Source: Prochlorococcus sp. AG-463-F15 (GTDB lineage: Bacteria > Cyanobacteriota > Cyanobacteriia > PCC-6307 > Cyanobiaceae). Taken from it: DNA of 64,000 nt. Made by a program: the position numbers and the translations under genes. The stretch is taken from assembly GCA_003211755.1 (NCBI GenBank), contig QCRS01000001.1:6329-70328 (forward strand), in the 5' to 3' direction. Below are positions 1-11,757 of the stretch, piece by piece; positions within the stretch are counted from its first letter, which is position 1; every line of letters starts with the position of its first letter. The notes under the pieces were generated by a model. The model searched no databases and had not been told where the DNA came from. It was given only the letters and a program-made list of their open reading frames with translations.

Positions 1-456
1 TCGTTGTCGTTGTCCTCCTGAGAGTTCTTGGACGGGTGTGGTTAGAAATACATTGTCTAAGCCAACTGCTTGGAGACAGGTTAAACACTCTTTGGTTTTA
101 ATTGTGCCAAGTAGGTTGTAAAAGGCCCATAGAAAGTTCTTCTTGGCTAGAGCACCAATGTTGATATTTTGAGAAACAGTTAGCTCTTCAACTAGTCGTA
201 AATCTTGCCACAGTGTCCCTATCTCATTCCGTTGCCGATTGTTTAAGAACTTTAGCTCTATTCCGCGCCAACTAACTTTGCCAGAATTGGGCTTAAGTGA
301 ACCATTTGCGACAGCAATTAGTGTACTCTTGCCAGCACCACTGCGCCCTAACAGAGCAATCTTTTCTCCGACATTGATTGATAATTGAATATCTTTTAGC
401 CTATATCCATTATTTTCTCTCACCTCTATATCTTTTAAGTCCAGTAATCCAGTCAC
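1..456 (-). CDS. phnC: Phosphonate/phosphite ABC transporter ATP-binding subunit (3' end runs off the window)
   Basis: Hand translation from GTG at 456, which overlaps the phnD TGA: MTGLLDLKDIEV...IALLGRSGAGKSTL (Walker A). Lies directly downstream of phnD. Confidence 0.85.
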   Translation of the reverse strand, partial: MTGLLDLKDIEVRENNGYRLKDIQLSINVGEKIALLGRSGAGKSTLIAVANGSLKPNSGKVSWRGIELKFLNNRQRNEIGTLWQDLRLVEELTVSQNINIGALAKKNFLWAFYNLLGTIKTKECLTCLQAVGLDNVFLTTPVQELSGGQRQR

Positions 457-1352
457 TTGATTTTGCCTAGTTTTCGTGCAACATTCTCAATATCTTTGTA
501 TTGATGTTCAAATGCAGGAATGAAACTGTTTGCGCCAAATAACTTTAGGATTTTCGATTGAGTTATTGAAGACTTGCTTAACCCTAGAAGTGTTTTCGTT
601 AGTTTTTCTGTAAAGCCGTTACCAAACCGTTTATCAAGATCAGGCTGTGCTAACCAGTGATAATCAACATAAATAGGTGTTTCCCAAATGACTCTTACTT
701 TTGAGCTGTTAACTTTCTTCCGGTTTACATTTGCTTCCCAAACTTGTTTATTAAGTACTCCAGCTTCATATGCTCCACTCTGAACTAACGCTAGTGTCGC
801 ATCATGACTGCCGCTGAAGCCTGGGCGTCTACCCTTGAAGTCAGTTATCTTGATATCTACTTGTTGTAGAAAATGTTGTGGCATAAGTCGTCCTGACGTG
901 GAGCTCTCTGAACCAAAGGTGAAGCGTTTACCTTTTAGGACTCGCAGTTCTGATTGGTTTTTAATAACTGGAATATTGCTATTAAGGTTCGCTATGAAAA
1001 CACTTTGAAAGTTAGCGTCGACATCTCTTTGGGCCAGTACTTTTGCCCCAGGTTTTTGAAGTCTTGCTTGTACACCTGTAAGACCACCAAACCATACCAA
1101 GTCCAAACCGCCAGTACGAAATGCAGTAACTGCTGCTGGATAATTAGTAACTGGTACATACTTAACAGTGATATCAAGTTCATTACTCAATTCAGAGGAG
1201 AGAAGTCGATATAAACGATTCAATCGCTCGGGGTTCTGATCTGGAATAGCTCCAACTATCAATTTTGGTCTGGCCCAAGTGGTTCCATTCGAAACAAATA
1301 GGGTGCTTATGAACAGAAAACTAAATATGAAGTTGCGTCTACTTGAATTCAT
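453..1352 (-). CDS. phnD: Phosphate/phosphite/phosphonate ABC transporter substrate-binding protein
   Basis: Signal peptide; motifs GAIPDQ, DLVWFGGLTG, FGSESSTSGRLMP and GSHDA typical of the PhnD family. Confidence 0.88.
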   Translation of the reverse strand: MNSSRRNFIFSFLFISTLFVSNGTTWARPKLIVGAIPDQNPERLNRLYRLLSSELSNELDITVKYVPVTNYPAAVTAFRTGGLDLVWFGGLTGVQARLQKPGAKVLAQRDVDANFQSVFIANLNSNIPVIKNQSELRVLKGKRFTFGSESSTSGRLMPQHFLQQVDIKITDFKGRRPGFSGSHDATLALVQSGAYEAGVLNKQVWEANVNRKKVNSSKVRVIWETPIYVDYHWLAQPDLDKRFGNGFTEKLTKTLLGLSKSSITQSKILKLFGANSFIPAFEHQYKDIENVARKLGKIK

Positions 1353-1380
1353 CGTATTTTTTATTTAATTAATCAGTTGG

Positions 1381-2565
1381 TCAGTCTCCGAGTCTAAGTA
1401 TCAATTCGCTTAAGCGTTTAATACCGTCTGTAATGGCTTCACTGGAAACTGCGCAAGAAATCCTGACACAATTATTTTCTCCAAAAGCGGCACCAGGGAC
1501 AATGGCAAGTCCAACCTTTTCAAGTGCAAGCTCACAAAATCTCACTGAATCTGGACTGTTTTCAGGTAATTGAGGAAAGGCATAAAAAGCTCCCTTTGGG
1601 GGAACGAGTGTCAAACCTTTAATTTCTGCTAGTCCATTAGTAAGAAGCTGTCTCCGAGAGTTATATCTCTTGGCCATAGCTAAAACACAATCTTTTGAAC
1701 CTTTTAAAGCTGCTAATGCTCCACGCTGGGCAAAGCTACACACATTGCTAGTGCTTTGGCTTTGCAGTGCAATGGCAGCTTTTATCACTTCTAGGTTTCC
1801 AGATAAGTAGCCAAGACGCCAACCTGTCATCGCCCAACCTTTGGCAAATCCATTAACAGTGAAGATTCGATCTATTAGGTCTGGAGCCACTGCAGCAAAA
1901 CTGTGATGAACGATGTTGTCTGCCAATAAGAATTCATATATTTCATCGCTCATAATTAAAACCTGAGGATGCCGACGAAGAATTTCTGCAATTAGTTTCA
2001 TTTCATCTTGGGACATCACTCGACCTGTCGGGTTGCCTGGTGAATTGAGTATTAAAAGACGAGTTTTACTATTGATTGAGGTCTCTAAGAGATCAAGATC
2101 AAGCGCAAATCCTTTACTGGGCAAGGAAGAGAGAGTTATAGGTTTTGCTCCTGCTAAGAGAGCCATCTCTGGATAGCTCAACCAATAAGGTGATGGGATT
2201 AATACTTCATCCCCTGGATCAAGAATTACTTGAAAGAGGTTGTAAATAGCCTGCTTTCCTCCATTGGTTACTAAAACGTTTTCTGAAATCGTTGGTATTT
2301 TGTTGAACTCTGTGAGCTTTGAAGCAATTGCTTCCCTTAGCTCAGGATCCCCAGCAGCAGGCCCATAACGAGTAAGACCATCTTTGAGAGCTTTAACGGT
2401 GGCCTCAACAATAAATTCTGGTGTATCGAAGTTGGGTTCTCCAGCACTAAGACTGCAGATATCTCTCCCTTCTTTGATAAGGGCTTTAGCTCTCGCACTA
2501 ATAGCTAAAGTTAGAGAGGGTTTTAGGGCCACAGCCCGTTGAGAAATTAGTGACGGGTGGGACAT
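1381..2565 (-). CDS. aspC: PLP-dependent aspartate aminotransferase, class I
   Basis: Motifs SLSAGEPNF, NSPGNPTG, SDEIY and NGFAKGWAMTGWRLG (PLP lysine). ORF is open to 2607; ATG 2565 is the more likely start. Confidence 0.9.
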   Translation of the reverse strand: MSHPSLISQRAVALKPSLTLAISARAKALIKEGRDICSLSAGEPNFDTPEFIVEATVKALKDGLTRYGPAAGDPELREAIASKLTEFNKIPTISENVLVTNGGKQAIYNLFQVILDPGDEVLIPSPYWLSYPEMALLAGAKPITLSSLPSKGFALDLDLLETSINSKTRLLILNSPGNPTGRVMSQDEMKLIAEILRRHPQVLIMSDEIYEFLLADNIVHHSFAAVAPDLIDRIFTVNGFAKGWAMTGWRLGYLSGNLEVIKAAIALQSQSTSNVCSFAQRGALAALKGSKDCVLAMAKRYNSRRQLLTNGLAEIKGLTLVPPKGAFYAFPQLPENSPDSVRFCELALEKVGLAIVPGAAFGENNCVRISCAVSSEAITDGIKRLSELILRLGD

Positions 2566-2660
2566 GGGTGCAGCATCTTTCGGAGGATGTGCTCTTATGA
2601 AACACATCCTGCCTGATGTTGTGTCTTCGACAACATTATTTAGTCTTTGAAAATTTTTAG

Positions 2661-3050
2661 ATGTCTTCTATTCAGATCAGCTTGGTTGTTGCTTCCAAGC
2701 ACCCTAGAAAGCTGTCTGAGTTTTACGCATTTGCAACAAATGGAGAACTTCTACCTGGGGAAAATGATCAGCATTGGCGAGTTGTTCAGAGAAATGGAAT
2801 TAGTCTTCATTTCTACAAGCCTGTAACCAATAGACCCTGGCCTAATAGGGGGCGAGCTGCTTCACTTTGTCTTGAGAAGGCAGCCTCTGTGGAGCCTCTT
2901 TGGGCAGTTAATCAATGGATAGAGAGTCTTGTCTCAAGGGGGGCAACTGTCGATCAACAACCAAAAGTTGAATTATTCGGAGCTGAATCTTGGATGACAG
3001 ACCCTGAAGGGAATAATTTCTTGATTTTTGTTCCATCCTCTAACAACTGA
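2661..3050 (+). CDS. VOC/glyoxalase family protein
   Basis: N-terminal LSEFY and C-terminal DPEGNNF motifs; 129 aa. Confidence 0.75.
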   Translation: MSSIQISLVVASKHPRKLSEFYAFATNGELLPGENDQHWRVVQRNGISLHFYKPVTNRPWPNRGRAASLCLEKAASVEPLWAVNQWIESLVSRGATVDQQPKVELFGAESWMTDPEGNNFLIFVPSSNN

Positions 3051-3705
3051 CCAATTAATATTTATATTCTTTGGCTTACTGAATGTGACTGTGGCAGCAG
3101 ACTCGTTGCCGGCCCAACTCAGATGTGACTGTTGTGGCGCAAATCCATCTTCTTCAAAGGTTGTTGTTAGTCGTGGGAACCCATCAGCTCGCTTTATGGT
3201 GATTGGTGAAGCTCCAGGTGCCAGAGAAGATGCCTTGGGCAAGCCATTCGTCGGTAGATCAGGAAAACTGTTAGATATCTTGTTGAAAGACGTTGGAATA
3301 AATCCATGTAGAGATGTATTTATTTGCAATGCAATTAAATGCAGACCCCCAAAGAATCGACGCCCTACAAAGAAAGAGTTAATAGCATCTTTGCCCTGGT
3401 TGAATCAACAAATAGAACTTGTTGACCCTTGGGTGATTGCTTTGGCTGGCTCTACTGCTGTTGAGGCGGTTTTAGGCTTAAAAGATAAAATCAGCACTAT
3501 TAGGGGTGTTTGGCAATCATGGCAGGGCAGAATGGTAATGCCACTTTTCCACCCTTCTTACCTTTTGAGAAATTCTTCTAGAGTTGAAGGAGCCCCAATT
3601 ACTCTTACTCTTGGAGATCTTATAAAAGTGCAAAATAGGATTAAAGAATTTGAGAAAGCCAGCACTATGCCAATGTTGGGAATAGATATGGGAGGTAAGT
3701 CATGA
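3028..3705 (+). CDS. Uracil-DNA glycosylase, family 4
   Basis: Motifs [25 protein letters not shown] and HPSYLLR. True start is probably somewhat downstream. Confidence 0.9.
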   Translation: MFHPLTTDQLIFIFFGLLNVTVAADSLPAQLRCDCCGANPSSSKVVVSRGNPSARFMVIGEAPGAREDALGKPFVGRSGKLLDILLKDVGINPCRDVFICNAIKCRPPKNRRPTKKELIASLPWLNQQIELVDPWVIALAGSTAVEAVLGLKDKISTIRGVWQSWQGRMVMPLFHPSYLLRNSSRVEGAPITLTLGDLIKVQNRIKEFEKASTMPMLGIDMGGKS

Positions 3706-4934
3706 TTGCCATTCTGGACCATAACTTGGTTCAAAACTTGGCTGATTCCTCTGATCGGTACGCCACCACTATTAGTCGTCGTGCTACAAGAACAGTTATG
3801 GTTGGTGATATATCGATTGGTAGTGAGCATCCTGTAAGGGTGCAGTCGATGATTAATGAAGACACTCTTGATATTGAGGGTTCCACAGCGGCTATTCGCC
3901 GATTACATGAAATAGGTTGCGAGATTGTTCGTCTCACAGTTCCAAGTCTTGCCCATGCAAAGGCTGTTGGAGAAATTAAAAAGCTATTGGAAAGTACTTA
4001 TCAACCTGTCCCTTTAGTGGCTGATGTTCATCACAATGGAATGAAAATTGCCTTAGAGGTTGCAAATCATGTTGATAAGGTTCGCATTAACCCAGGTCTT
4101 TTTGTTTTTGAGAAGCCAGATCCAAATAGAGAAGTATTTTCAGCTGAGGATATTCAGGCAATTAGAGAGAGAATTATCCAAAGGTTTAAACCACTAGTCA
4201 ATGTATTGAAACAGCAAAATAAGGCTCTTAGAATAGGTGTTAATCATGGCTCTTTAGCAGAGAGGATGTTGTTTGAATATGGAGACACACCAGTTGGAAT
4301 GGTGGAGTCGGCAATGGAATTTATCCGTATATGTGATTCTCTTGATTATCATAATATTGTTATTTCAATGAAAGCTTCAAGGGCTCCTGTAATGCTTGCA
4401 GCTTATCGATTGATGGCTGACACAATGGATAAAGAAGGGTTTAATTACCCTCTGCATCTTGGTGTAACTGAGGCAGGTGATGGTGACTATGGCCGTATCA
4501 AAAGTACAGCAGGAATAGCTACGCTTCTTTCTGAAGGAATAGGAGATACAATTCGTGTGTCTCTTACAGAAGCCCCTGAAAAAGAGATCCCTGTCTGTTA
4601 CTCAATTCTACAAGCAGTTGGATTGCGTAAAACAATGGTTGAATATATAAGTTGTCCAAGTTGTGGACGTACTTTATTTAATCTTGAGGAAGTCGTTCAA
4701 AAGGTAAGAAGTGCAACTTCACACCTTACAGGTCTTGATATAGCTGTAATGGGCTGCATAGTTAATGGGCCAGGAGAAATGGCAGATGCTGATTATGGAT
4801 ATGTTGGTAAAGGACCAGGTGTTATTGCCCTCTATAGAGGTAGAGATGAAATACGCAAAGTCCCTGAAGATGAAGGAGTTGATGCGTTGGTTGGTTTGAT
4901 CAAGGAAGATGGAAGATGGGTAGATCCAAATTGA
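3702..4934 (+). CDS. ispG: 4-hydroxy-3-methylbut-2-en-1-yl diphosphate synthase
   Basis: Motifs [33 protein letters not shown] and [10 protein letters not shown]. Confidence 0.97.
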   Translation: MIAILDHNLVQNLADSSDRYATTISRRATRTVMVGDISIGSEHPVRVQSMINEDTLDIEGSTAAIRRLHEIGCEIVRLTVPSLAHAKAVGEIKKLLESTYQPVPLVADVHHNGMKIALEVANHVDKVRINPGLFVFEKPDPNREVFSAEDIQAIRERIIQRFKPLVNVLKQQNKALRIGVNHGSLAERMLFEYGDTPVGMVESAMEFIRICDSLDYHNIVISMKASRAPVMLAAYRLMADTMDKEGFNYPLHLGVTEAGDGDYGRIKSTAGIATLLSEGIGDTIRVSLTEAPEKEIPVCYSILQAVGLRKTMVEYISCPSCGRTLFNLEEVVQKVRSATSHLTGLDIAVMGCIVNGPGEMADADYGYVGKGPGVIALYRGRDEIRKVPEDEGVDALVGLIKEDGRWVDPN

Positions 4935-6322
4935 ATAATTCTTCTAATAATGTTGAATATGCTTCTGAAAACCTCTTTCTTCGAAGGATATATAGAGGAT
5001 TTATTAAGTCAAAATTTTTAAAGATTACTTTATCGGGCATATCTGCAATTTCGATTTTTGGATTAACTCCTTTACCAAGTCTTTCCCTGCCTAAAAGCAC
5101 CTCTTCATTAATAAACCAAAGCCCTAAGGAAGTTATAGATCAAGTCTGGCAAATAGTATATCGAGATTATTTAGATTCTTCAGGAAGTTATAATTCTGAA
5201 GAATGGTTGGAACTTCGAAAAAAGTTACTTGGCTCTAAATATATAGACATATCTGATTCGCATGAAGCAATTAGAGGTATGTTGGCAAGCTTAGATGATC
5301 CTTACACGCGTTTTTTAGACCCTAAAGAGTTTCAAGAAATGAGGATAGATACTACAGGAGAGTTGATGGGAGTTGGTATACAGTTATCTTTAGATAAAAC
5401 AACAAATGATTTAATTGTTATTTCACCAATAGAAGGAACACCTGCTTTCGAAGCTGGGGTTAAATCTCAGGACATAATCGTATCAATTAATGATCAATCT
5501 ACTAAAGGAATGAGTATAGAAAATGCAGTTAAATTAATTAGAGGTCGAAAAGGTACTGAAGTGATATTAGGGATTCAGCGAGATAATAAATTAATTAAGG
5601 TCCAGATTATTAGAGATAAAATTGAAATTCATGCAGTAGATAGTCAATTAAATAAGACTAAATCTGGCTTAAAAATAGGATATATCCGATTAAAACAATT
5701 CAATGCAAATTCTGTAAGAGAGATGCGTAATGCGATTAATAGTCTAAAAAAGGAGTCAGCCCTTGCTTATGTCCTTGACGTGAGAAGTAACCCTGGTGGT
5801 TTGCTTGAGGCTAGTATTGAAATAGCAAGATTGTGGTTGGATGAGGGTATTATAGTTAGAACTGAGACTAAAGATGGGATAAAAGATGTAAGAAAAGCAA
5901 ATGGAAGAGCACTTACTTTTAGGCCTGTAGTTGTTTTAGTTGATGGTGGATCGGCCAGTGCGAGTGAAATACTTTCTGGTGCGATTCAAGATAATGGCAG
6001 GGGGCTTCTGGTTGGAGAAAAGACTTTTGGTAAAGGCCTCGTTCAATCAGTAAGAGCTCTTTCTGATGGTTCGGGACTCACAGTAACTGTTGCTAAGTAT
6101 TTAACCCCCAACGGTAGAGATATTCACAAACAAGGCATTATCCCTGATATAAAATCGACAATGCTTGAGAAAGACTTGGTTGATTTCACGAAAGATGATC
6201 TTGCAACTGCTAAAGATATTCAATATATAGTTGCAGAAACTGTGCTTATAGAGACTCTTAGAAAGTCTAATCAAGATTCAACTTATAAACACAATAGTTC
6301 CAATACTAAATATGCTTTTTAA
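4916..6322 (+). CDS. ctpA: Carboxyl-terminal processing protease (S41, PDZ domain)
   Basis: Motifs [15 protein letters not shown] (PDZ), [15 protein letters not shown] and TFGKGLVQ. Start codon uncertain. Confidence 0.88.
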   Translation: MGRSKLNNSSNNVEYASENLFLRRIYRGFIKSKFLKITLSGISAISIFGLTPLPSLSLPKSTSSLINQSPKEVIDQVWQIVYRDYLDSSGSYNSEEWLELRKKLLGSKYIDISDSHEAIRGMLASLDDPYTRFLDPKEFQEMRIDTTGELMGVGIQLSLDKTTNDLIVISPIEGTPAFEAGVKSQDIIVSINDQSTKGMSIENAVKLIRGRKGTEVILGIQRDNKLIKVQIIRDKIEIHAVDSQLNKTKSGLKIGYIRLKQFNANSVREMRNAINSLKKESALAYVLDVRSNPGGLLEASIEIARLWLDEGIIVRTETKDGIKDVRKANGRALTFRPVVVLVDGGSASASEILSGAIQDNGRGLLVGEKTFGKGLVQSVRALSDGSGLTVTVAKYLTPNGRDIHKQGIIPDIKSTMLEKDLVDFTKDDLATAKDIQYIVAETVLIETLRKSNQDSTYKHNSSNTKYAF

Positions 6323-6339
6323 GTATAGTAAACAAACTT

Positions 6340-7257
6340 TTATCTGCTCATCTTTAGCATGTTTTCGATTGGTTTGAGTGCTTTTGATCTAAGCGTTTCA
6401 TCCATATTTATTTGAGGCGTCATTGTTTGCAGACAATTTAATAGCTTTTCAAGAGTATTTAGTCGCATGTAAGGACATGCATTGCAACTACAACCATCAA
6501 TCCCTGGAACTTCTACAAACATCTTCTCTGGCATCTTTAGACGCATTTGATGTAAGATTCCAGGCTCAGTTAATACAATAAATTCCTTAGCATTACTTAG
6601 TTCTGCTTGCTTAAGTAGTTTGCTCGTAGAGCCTATAAAATCAGAGAGTTCTAAAAGGTTGGTTTGGCATTCCGGATGTGCTAATACTTCAGCATGTGGA
6701 TATTTAAGTTTTAATTTTAAAAGAGCTTCTTCACTAAAGGTTTCGTGAACGATGCAACTTCCTGGCCAAAAGGTAAGCTCCCGACCACTTTGTTTTTGAA
6801 CCCACTTCCCTAGATTCTGATCGGGTGCAAATAATATTGGACGATCTTTTGGAAGTTGCCTTATTAGTTCTACAGCATTGCTGCTAGTGCAAATTAAATC
6901 GCTTTGTGCTTTAACAGCTGCTGTGCAATTTATATAGCTAACTACGAAGTGATCTGGATGTTTGTTTCGGAAATTTTCGAATTCATCCGCAGGACAATCA
7001 TCTGCCAATGTGCATCCTGCATCTAAATCTGGAATTAGGACAGTTTTTTCAGGGCAAAGAATCTTTGCTGTCTCTGCCATGAAATGGACTCCGCAGAAAA
7101 CAATGACCTCTGCATTTGTTTGTGCTGCTTTCCTTGAGAGCTCTAGTGAATCTCCTATAAAGTCAGCTATGTCTTGAATTGCCTCTTCTTGATAGTAATG
7201 GGCGAGAATTATTGCGTTCCTTTTTCTTCGCAGATTATCTATTGCTTCTATCAGCAC
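6340..7257 (-). CDS. nadA: Quinolinate synthase
   Basis: Motifs [28 protein letters not shown] and CPYM. Confidence 0.96.
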   Translation of the reverse strand: MLIEAIDNLRRKRNAIILAHYYQEEAIQDIADFIGDSLELSRKAAQTNAEVIVFCGVHFMAETAKILCPEKTVLIPDLDAGCTLADDCPADEFENFRNKHPDHFVVSYINCTAAVKAQSDLICTSSNAVELIRQLPKDRPILFAPDQNLGKWVQKQSGRELTFWPGSCIVHETFSEEALLKLKLKYPHAEVLAHPECQTNLLELSDFIGSTSKLLKQAELSNAKEFIVLTEPGILHQMRLKMPEKMFVEVPGIDGCSCNACPYMRLNTLEKLLNCLQTMTPQINMDETLRSKALKPIENMLKMSR

Positions 7258-7364
7258 TTCCCTATTTTGGGGAACCGGTGAAACCGTCTGGTAGGCGGAA
7301 ACAGCGGTAATCAGCGGTCAAGGAAGCAATTTGAGTCAGTATAGGTCCAGCCTATTCATTAGTC

Positions 7365-8222
7365 CTGTCACTTCTTAGTATTGCCATTGTTGGAGATCTG
7401 CATGGTTCGTGGTTAGCAGAGGATCATGAACTGCTTCAAGAGCTAGAGCCTGACGGAGTTCTTTTCGTTGGTGACCTAGGAGAGGGTGATTTGCGGCTTG
7501 CTAAAGCAATAAAGAATCTTCCAATGGCAACTGCTGTAATTCTTGGTAATCACGATCGTGGCTTTGATCGAACAGGTGAGGTTTTAAGACAACAATTGAA
7601 TTTGCTAGGTGATCTTCATTGTGGATGGAGTCTTAGGAAGTGGCATTCTCCCAATATTGGTATTGTTGGTGCTCGGCCATGCAGTTCTGGTGGAGGTTTT
7701 CATCTTTCTTCTGAGGTCCTTGGAGCCTTTGGGCCTATAACCCTTCAGGAATCTGTGAGCCGAATAGTTTTAGCGGCTAAGGATGTACCTGAGACCACCC
7801 CTCTTGTGATCCTTGCCCATTCGGGGCCAACTGGTCTTGGATCTAATGCAGATAGCCCTTGTGGAAGAGACTGGAAAACACCGCCTTTGGATTGGGGAGA
7901 CAAAGATCTAGAGTTGGCAATTCTGAAGATTAGGGAGAAGCGAGTTCCAGATTTAGTCGTTTTTGGTCATATGCATCATTCTTTAAAATGTGGGAGTCGT
8001 ACTAGATCCTCATTCGTTGAAGATCGTTGGGGGACTGTTTATTTGAATGCTGCGTGTGTTCCTAGGAGGGTACGAGATTCACAAGGAAAAAATATTACAC
8101 ATCTTTCTTGGGTTGAGTTTGTTGATGGAAATTTGAATTCTGTTTCTCACCGTTGGTATAGAGATGATGCATCAATTGCTTCAGAACAACTACTTTTAAG
8201 AAGATCATTATCTAAAACTTGA
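7365..8222 (+). CDS. Calcineurin-like metallophosphoesterase (TIGR04168-like)
   Basis: Motifs GDLHG, VGDLG, LGNHD and FGHMH. The first two lie upstream of the track start (7491) in the same open frame, so the gene is extended to a CTG at 7365. Confidence 0.8.
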   Translation: MSLLSIAIVGDLHGSWLAEDHELLQELEPDGVLFVGDLGEGDLRLAKAIKNLPMATAVILGNHDRGFDRTGEVLRQQLNLLGDLHCGWSLRKWHSPNIGIVGARPCSSGGGFHLSSEVLGAFGPITLQESVSRIVLAAKDVPETTPLVILAHSGPTGLGSNADSPCGRDWKTPPLDWGDKDLELAILKIREKRVPDLVVFGHMHHSLKCGSRTRSSFVEDRWGTVYLNAACVPRRVRDSQGKNITHLSWVEFVDGNLNSVSHRWYRDDASIASEQLLLRRSLSKT

Positions 8223-8353
8223 GGAATATCAAATACATATATACAAGGAATTAAACTCTTTTACCAGATGATATTTTGAGTATCCTTGGAATTATTTATC
8301 AAACTTTATTGACACAAACATTGGCTTTTTATCGATTCCAGTAAATATTGTCA

Positions 8354-9157
8354 TCATTCAGATTCTGAACTTGACTTCTTTCCAAAGGTAGCCTGTGCAA
8401 TTAGATATGCGCTTATAAGTGAGCTTGTAAAACCTAGGCAATTCCTTAAAAGAGGAAGTAGGTCATTCGTTCTGGTTATTACAGGTGCTAAGCCAAAGAC
8501 ACCAAAAAGCATTATCCAAAGTGGTGACATTAAAAGTAGCCATCCCCATGCAATTGTCTCTCCATCTTTACGTGGAAAGGCTGCAAAACCTGCAATCAGT
8601 CCACCTAATATTGATGTGGTTAATGTGAATAACCATTGTTCTCTTGGTAATCCTGGCACTACCTGACACCCACCTCGGTCTAGACACTCTTCGACTGATG
8701 CAATTGCATCTAAGATGGCCCCATCTTCTCCATGATCTCTTACGTAATATTGATTTCCATATCTAGTTTGAAGTTCAACCCAGAATGTTCTAGGCATTAG
8801 GGCGTATAACGCATCACCGACATTAAAATTAAGAAGGTTGCCACCACGTGGATCAGCAACTAGAAGCAAACTGCGTTCATCAAGGTCCCAAAATTTTCTA
8901 ATTGCTAAGCCTGGGGTCCTTTCGTACTGAGAAAGGACTCTGATTTTCCATCCACTTTTGGTCTCATATTCGTCAAGTGACTTCTCTAGTTCAATTTTTT
9001 GGCGCGCACTAAGGGTTCTTGCTAAATCGATTACTGGTGTTGCTTCCTCTGGGAGTAGCTCAGGATTGTTATAGGCAAAAACTGGCGCGCAGAGTTCTAA
9101 AGAAAGCAATATGCATAGAAGACCAAATAAAGGCCTTATTCTGTTATTTGATCCCAT
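8354..9157 (-). CDS. TPM domain membrane protein
   Basis: Signal peptide, PVIDLARTLS...GWKIRVL TPM-like segment, and three C-terminal hydrophobic helices. Confidence 0.75.
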   Translation of the reverse strand: MGSNNRIRPLFGLLCILLSLELCAPVFAYNNPELLPEEATPVIDLARTLSARQKIELEKSLDEYETKSGWKIRVLSQYERTPGLAIRKFWDLDERSLLLVADPRGGNLLNFNVGDALYALMPRTFWVELQTRYGNQYYVRDHGEDGAILDAIASVEECLDRGGCQVVPGLPREQWLFTLTTSILGGLIAGFAAFPRKDGETIAWGWLLLMSPLWIMLFGVFGLAPVITRTNDLLPLLRNCLGFTSSLISAYLIAQATFGKKSSSESE

Positions 9158-9188
9158 GAGGCTTTATCAGGCATAGGTATTCTCTCTA

Positions 9189-10406
9189 ATGAATGGATCA
9201 TTTGCGAATTGCCCAGAATGGTTGGCTGAGCTAATTGTTAATTCAGGTGGAAGCGTTAGTTTCCATCAATATATGGATTGGGCCTTAAACCATAGTGAGT
9301 ATGGTTCTTATTCAAGTGGAAGTTTAAAACTTGGGACAAAAGGAGATTTTGTTACATCTCCTTCTTTGGGACCAGATTTTGCTGCACTTTTAGCAAGACA
9401 AGTGGTCGACTGGTTGGAACAACTCCAGCAGGAGAACTTTAATAATCTTCCATTATCATTGATAGAGATAGGGCCTGGAGAAGGTGACCTTGCCTTTGAT
9501 TTGATACAGGAATTAGAGCAGATTTCTCCAGAAATTACTAAAAGATTAGAACTTATATTGGTTGATATAAATCAAGGAATGATAAAACGTCAAAAAGAAC
9601 GATTGAGTAATATTTGCAAAGTCCCTATTCGTTGGCTCTCTTTAGATGAGCTTGCGGAGAATCCTGTTATTGGTGTGATATTAGCTCATGAAATGCTTGA
9701 CGCACTTCCTGTAGAAAGGATTATTTTGAGGAACAATATGTTGTTTAGATTAGGAGTAAAGCTCGAAGCTATAAATTCGCATTCTCTACTTTCTTTTGAT
9801 GAACTTCCAATATCATCATCGCTTCTAGATTCCTTATTAGAGCTCGAAAATGAAGTTGGAATTAAAATTCCGCCAGATGGTGCTTCTGATGGTTGGTCAA
9901 GTGAGCTTCATATTGATATGAATCAATGGCTAGATAAAGTTTCTAAAACATTAATTTACGGCTCTTTGTTGATTATTGACTATGCATTAGAGGCCACTCG
10001 TTATTATAATAATTCCAGACAATCTGGCACTATGATGTCATATAAGAATCAATATGCCTCTTCTGATCTTCTTAAAGATCCCGGTTTTTGTGACCTTACA
10101 TCTCATCTTTGCCTGGAGACTCTCTTGTATTATGCTCAGAAGAATAAATGGTTGCTTTTAGGTCATACCCGCCAAGGTCTAGCTCTTTTGGCATTGGGGC
10201 TTGCTGAGAGACTTAACTCATTGCAGAAGCTATCATCTGAACAATTGGATATAGCTTTATCAAGACGAGAATCATTGCTTCGACTTGTTGATCCTGCTGG
10301 CTTAGGAGAATTTAGATGGCTTGCTTTTGAGGTAAATAATCAAGAAGATTATATTAAATCAAATATTGGTCTAAAAACCAGATTCCTCACTGAACCTGAT
10401 AATTAA
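9189..10406 (+). CDS. SAM-dependent methyltransferase, MidA/NDUFAF7 family
   Basis: Motifs [26 protein letters not shown] and DLTSH. Confidence 0.88.
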   Translation: MNGSFANCPEWLAELIVNSGGSVSFHQYMDWALNHSEYGSYSSGSLKLGTKGDFVTSPSLGPDFAALLARQVVDWLEQLQQENFNNLPLSLIEIGPGEGDLAFDLIQELEQISPEITKRLELILVDINQGMIKRQKERLSNICKVPIRWLSLDELAENPVIGVILAHEMLDALPVERIILRNNMLFRLGVKLEAINSHSLLSFDELPISSSLLDSLLELENEVGIKIPPDGASDGWSSELHIDMNQWLDKVSKTLIYGSLLIIDYALEATRYYNNSRQSGTMMSYKNQYASSDLLKDPGFCDLTSHLCLETLLYYAQKNKWLLLGHTRQGLALLALGLAERLNSLQKLSSEQLDIALSRRESLLRLVDPAGLGEFRWLAFEVNNQEDYIKSNIGLKTRFLTEPDN

Positions 10407-11514
10407 GTCTGGAGATGCATTCTCTAATGGAATCATTTGTAATGTCGTATTTAATTTCTACTTCTCCAATCCTTTTTGGCATGATAAAGCAAATATTACC
10501 TCCTTTAACTTTTTTGTCTCCTTGTAAACTTCTCAAAACATCTTCACCATTTATTGAAGGCCATTCAGTAGGTAATCCAGTTTTTTTAAGTAGTGCCTTT
10601 TGTCTATTTGCTTCTTCTTTTGACCAACTATCAAGTTGTATGGCAAGTTCGCCAATAGTTACCATCCCTATTGATACGGCTTCCCCATGCAGCCATGTTC
10701 CATAGCCGCATAGAGTTTCGATAACATGGCCAAATGTATGCCCATAATTGAGAATTGCTCTCAAACCAGATTCATGTTCATCAAGGGCTACAATATTAGC
10801 TTTGGATGAACATGAATGAATAATTATTTCTTCTAAGACTTGATCATTTAGAGCTGACAACTTATTCAGGCCTTTACATGTTTCAAGAAGATCAAAAAGT
10901 TTAGAATCACCTATTACTCCATACTTAATAACTTCTGCCATTCCTGCCCTGAATTCTCTTTCAGGTAGTGTTTTAAGGGTTGATGGATCTATCAAAACCA
11001 ATCGGGGTTGGTGAAACGCTCCTATAAGATTTTTTCCACCAGTATGGTTGACTCCTGTTTTGCCACCTATCGCGGCATCAACCATTGCAAGCAATGTTGT
11101 GGGAACTTGAACTATTGATATCCCTCGCAGCCATGTTGCTGCGGCGAAACCTGTCATATCACCTACAACACCTCCCCCTAACGCAATCATTAGAGAACCT
11201 CTTTCAAGTTTTGCTGTATAGGCAGCATCGTGGATTAGTGCAACACTTTCAGGAGTTTTTTGATCTTCACCCGCTTCAATAACTAGAAGATGTGGGTCGT
11301 AACCACTTTCAGAAAGGCTTTGAAGGAAAATGTCGCTATAAGGAACTGCTACATCCTTATTTGTAACTACTAGAATTTTGATTCCTTTTCTTATGCCTGC
11401 TTTAACCAGCTCTTTCCCAATAGATTGAATACTTCCTGCCCCTATGACTATTTCATAAGGCTGAGGATTTACCTTGACTGGAATTCGATGGAGAGTCTGA
11501 TGCACAACTACCAA
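10387..11514 (-). CDS. aroB: 3-dehydroquinate synthase
   Basis: Motifs [26 protein letters not shown] and LNYGHTFGH. Confidence 0.97.
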   Translation of the reverse strand: MVVVHQTLHRIPVKVNPQPYEIVIGAGSIQSIGKELVKAGIRKGIKILVVTNKDVAVPYSDIFLQSLSESGYDPHLLVIEAGEDQKTPESVALIHDAAYTAKLERGSLMIALGGGVVGDMTGFAAATWLRGISIVQVPTTLLAMVDAAIGGKTGVNHTGGKNLIGAFHQPRLVLIDPSTLKTLPEREFRAGMAEVIKYGVIGDSKLFDLLETCKGLNKLSALNDQVLEEIIIHSCSSKANIVALDEHESGLRAILNYGHTFGHVIETLCGYGTWLHGEAVSIGMVTIGELAIQLDSWSKEEANRQKALLKKTGLPTEWPSINGEDVLRSLQGDKKVKGGNICFIMPKRIGEVEIKYDITNDSIRECISRLNYQVQ

Positions 11515-11757
11515 TATGTGAGCGCATGTCTCTTCTATTTTATTTTGCTTGGTTCAAATAGGCACTGATAAGTTGTTTCACTTCATTGCCAGCAATATGG
11601 CTTTGTATTCATATCCTTTTTGATGTTGAGACTTAACTTGAATGGTTAGCACTGGGATGTCAGCTCTATCTAAAGAAAGGATAGAAGTTTGGCGAGGCGA
11701 TGAGATGCATTTCGTATACGCTTTTTGCAATAAATTTGTTCTTGCAAGCTTTCAAAG

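Noticed and set aside
954-1214. Short ORFs overlapping known genes (this one and many similar entries in the track)
   Set aside because: They lie antisense or out of frame within well-supported genes and show no recognisable motifs.
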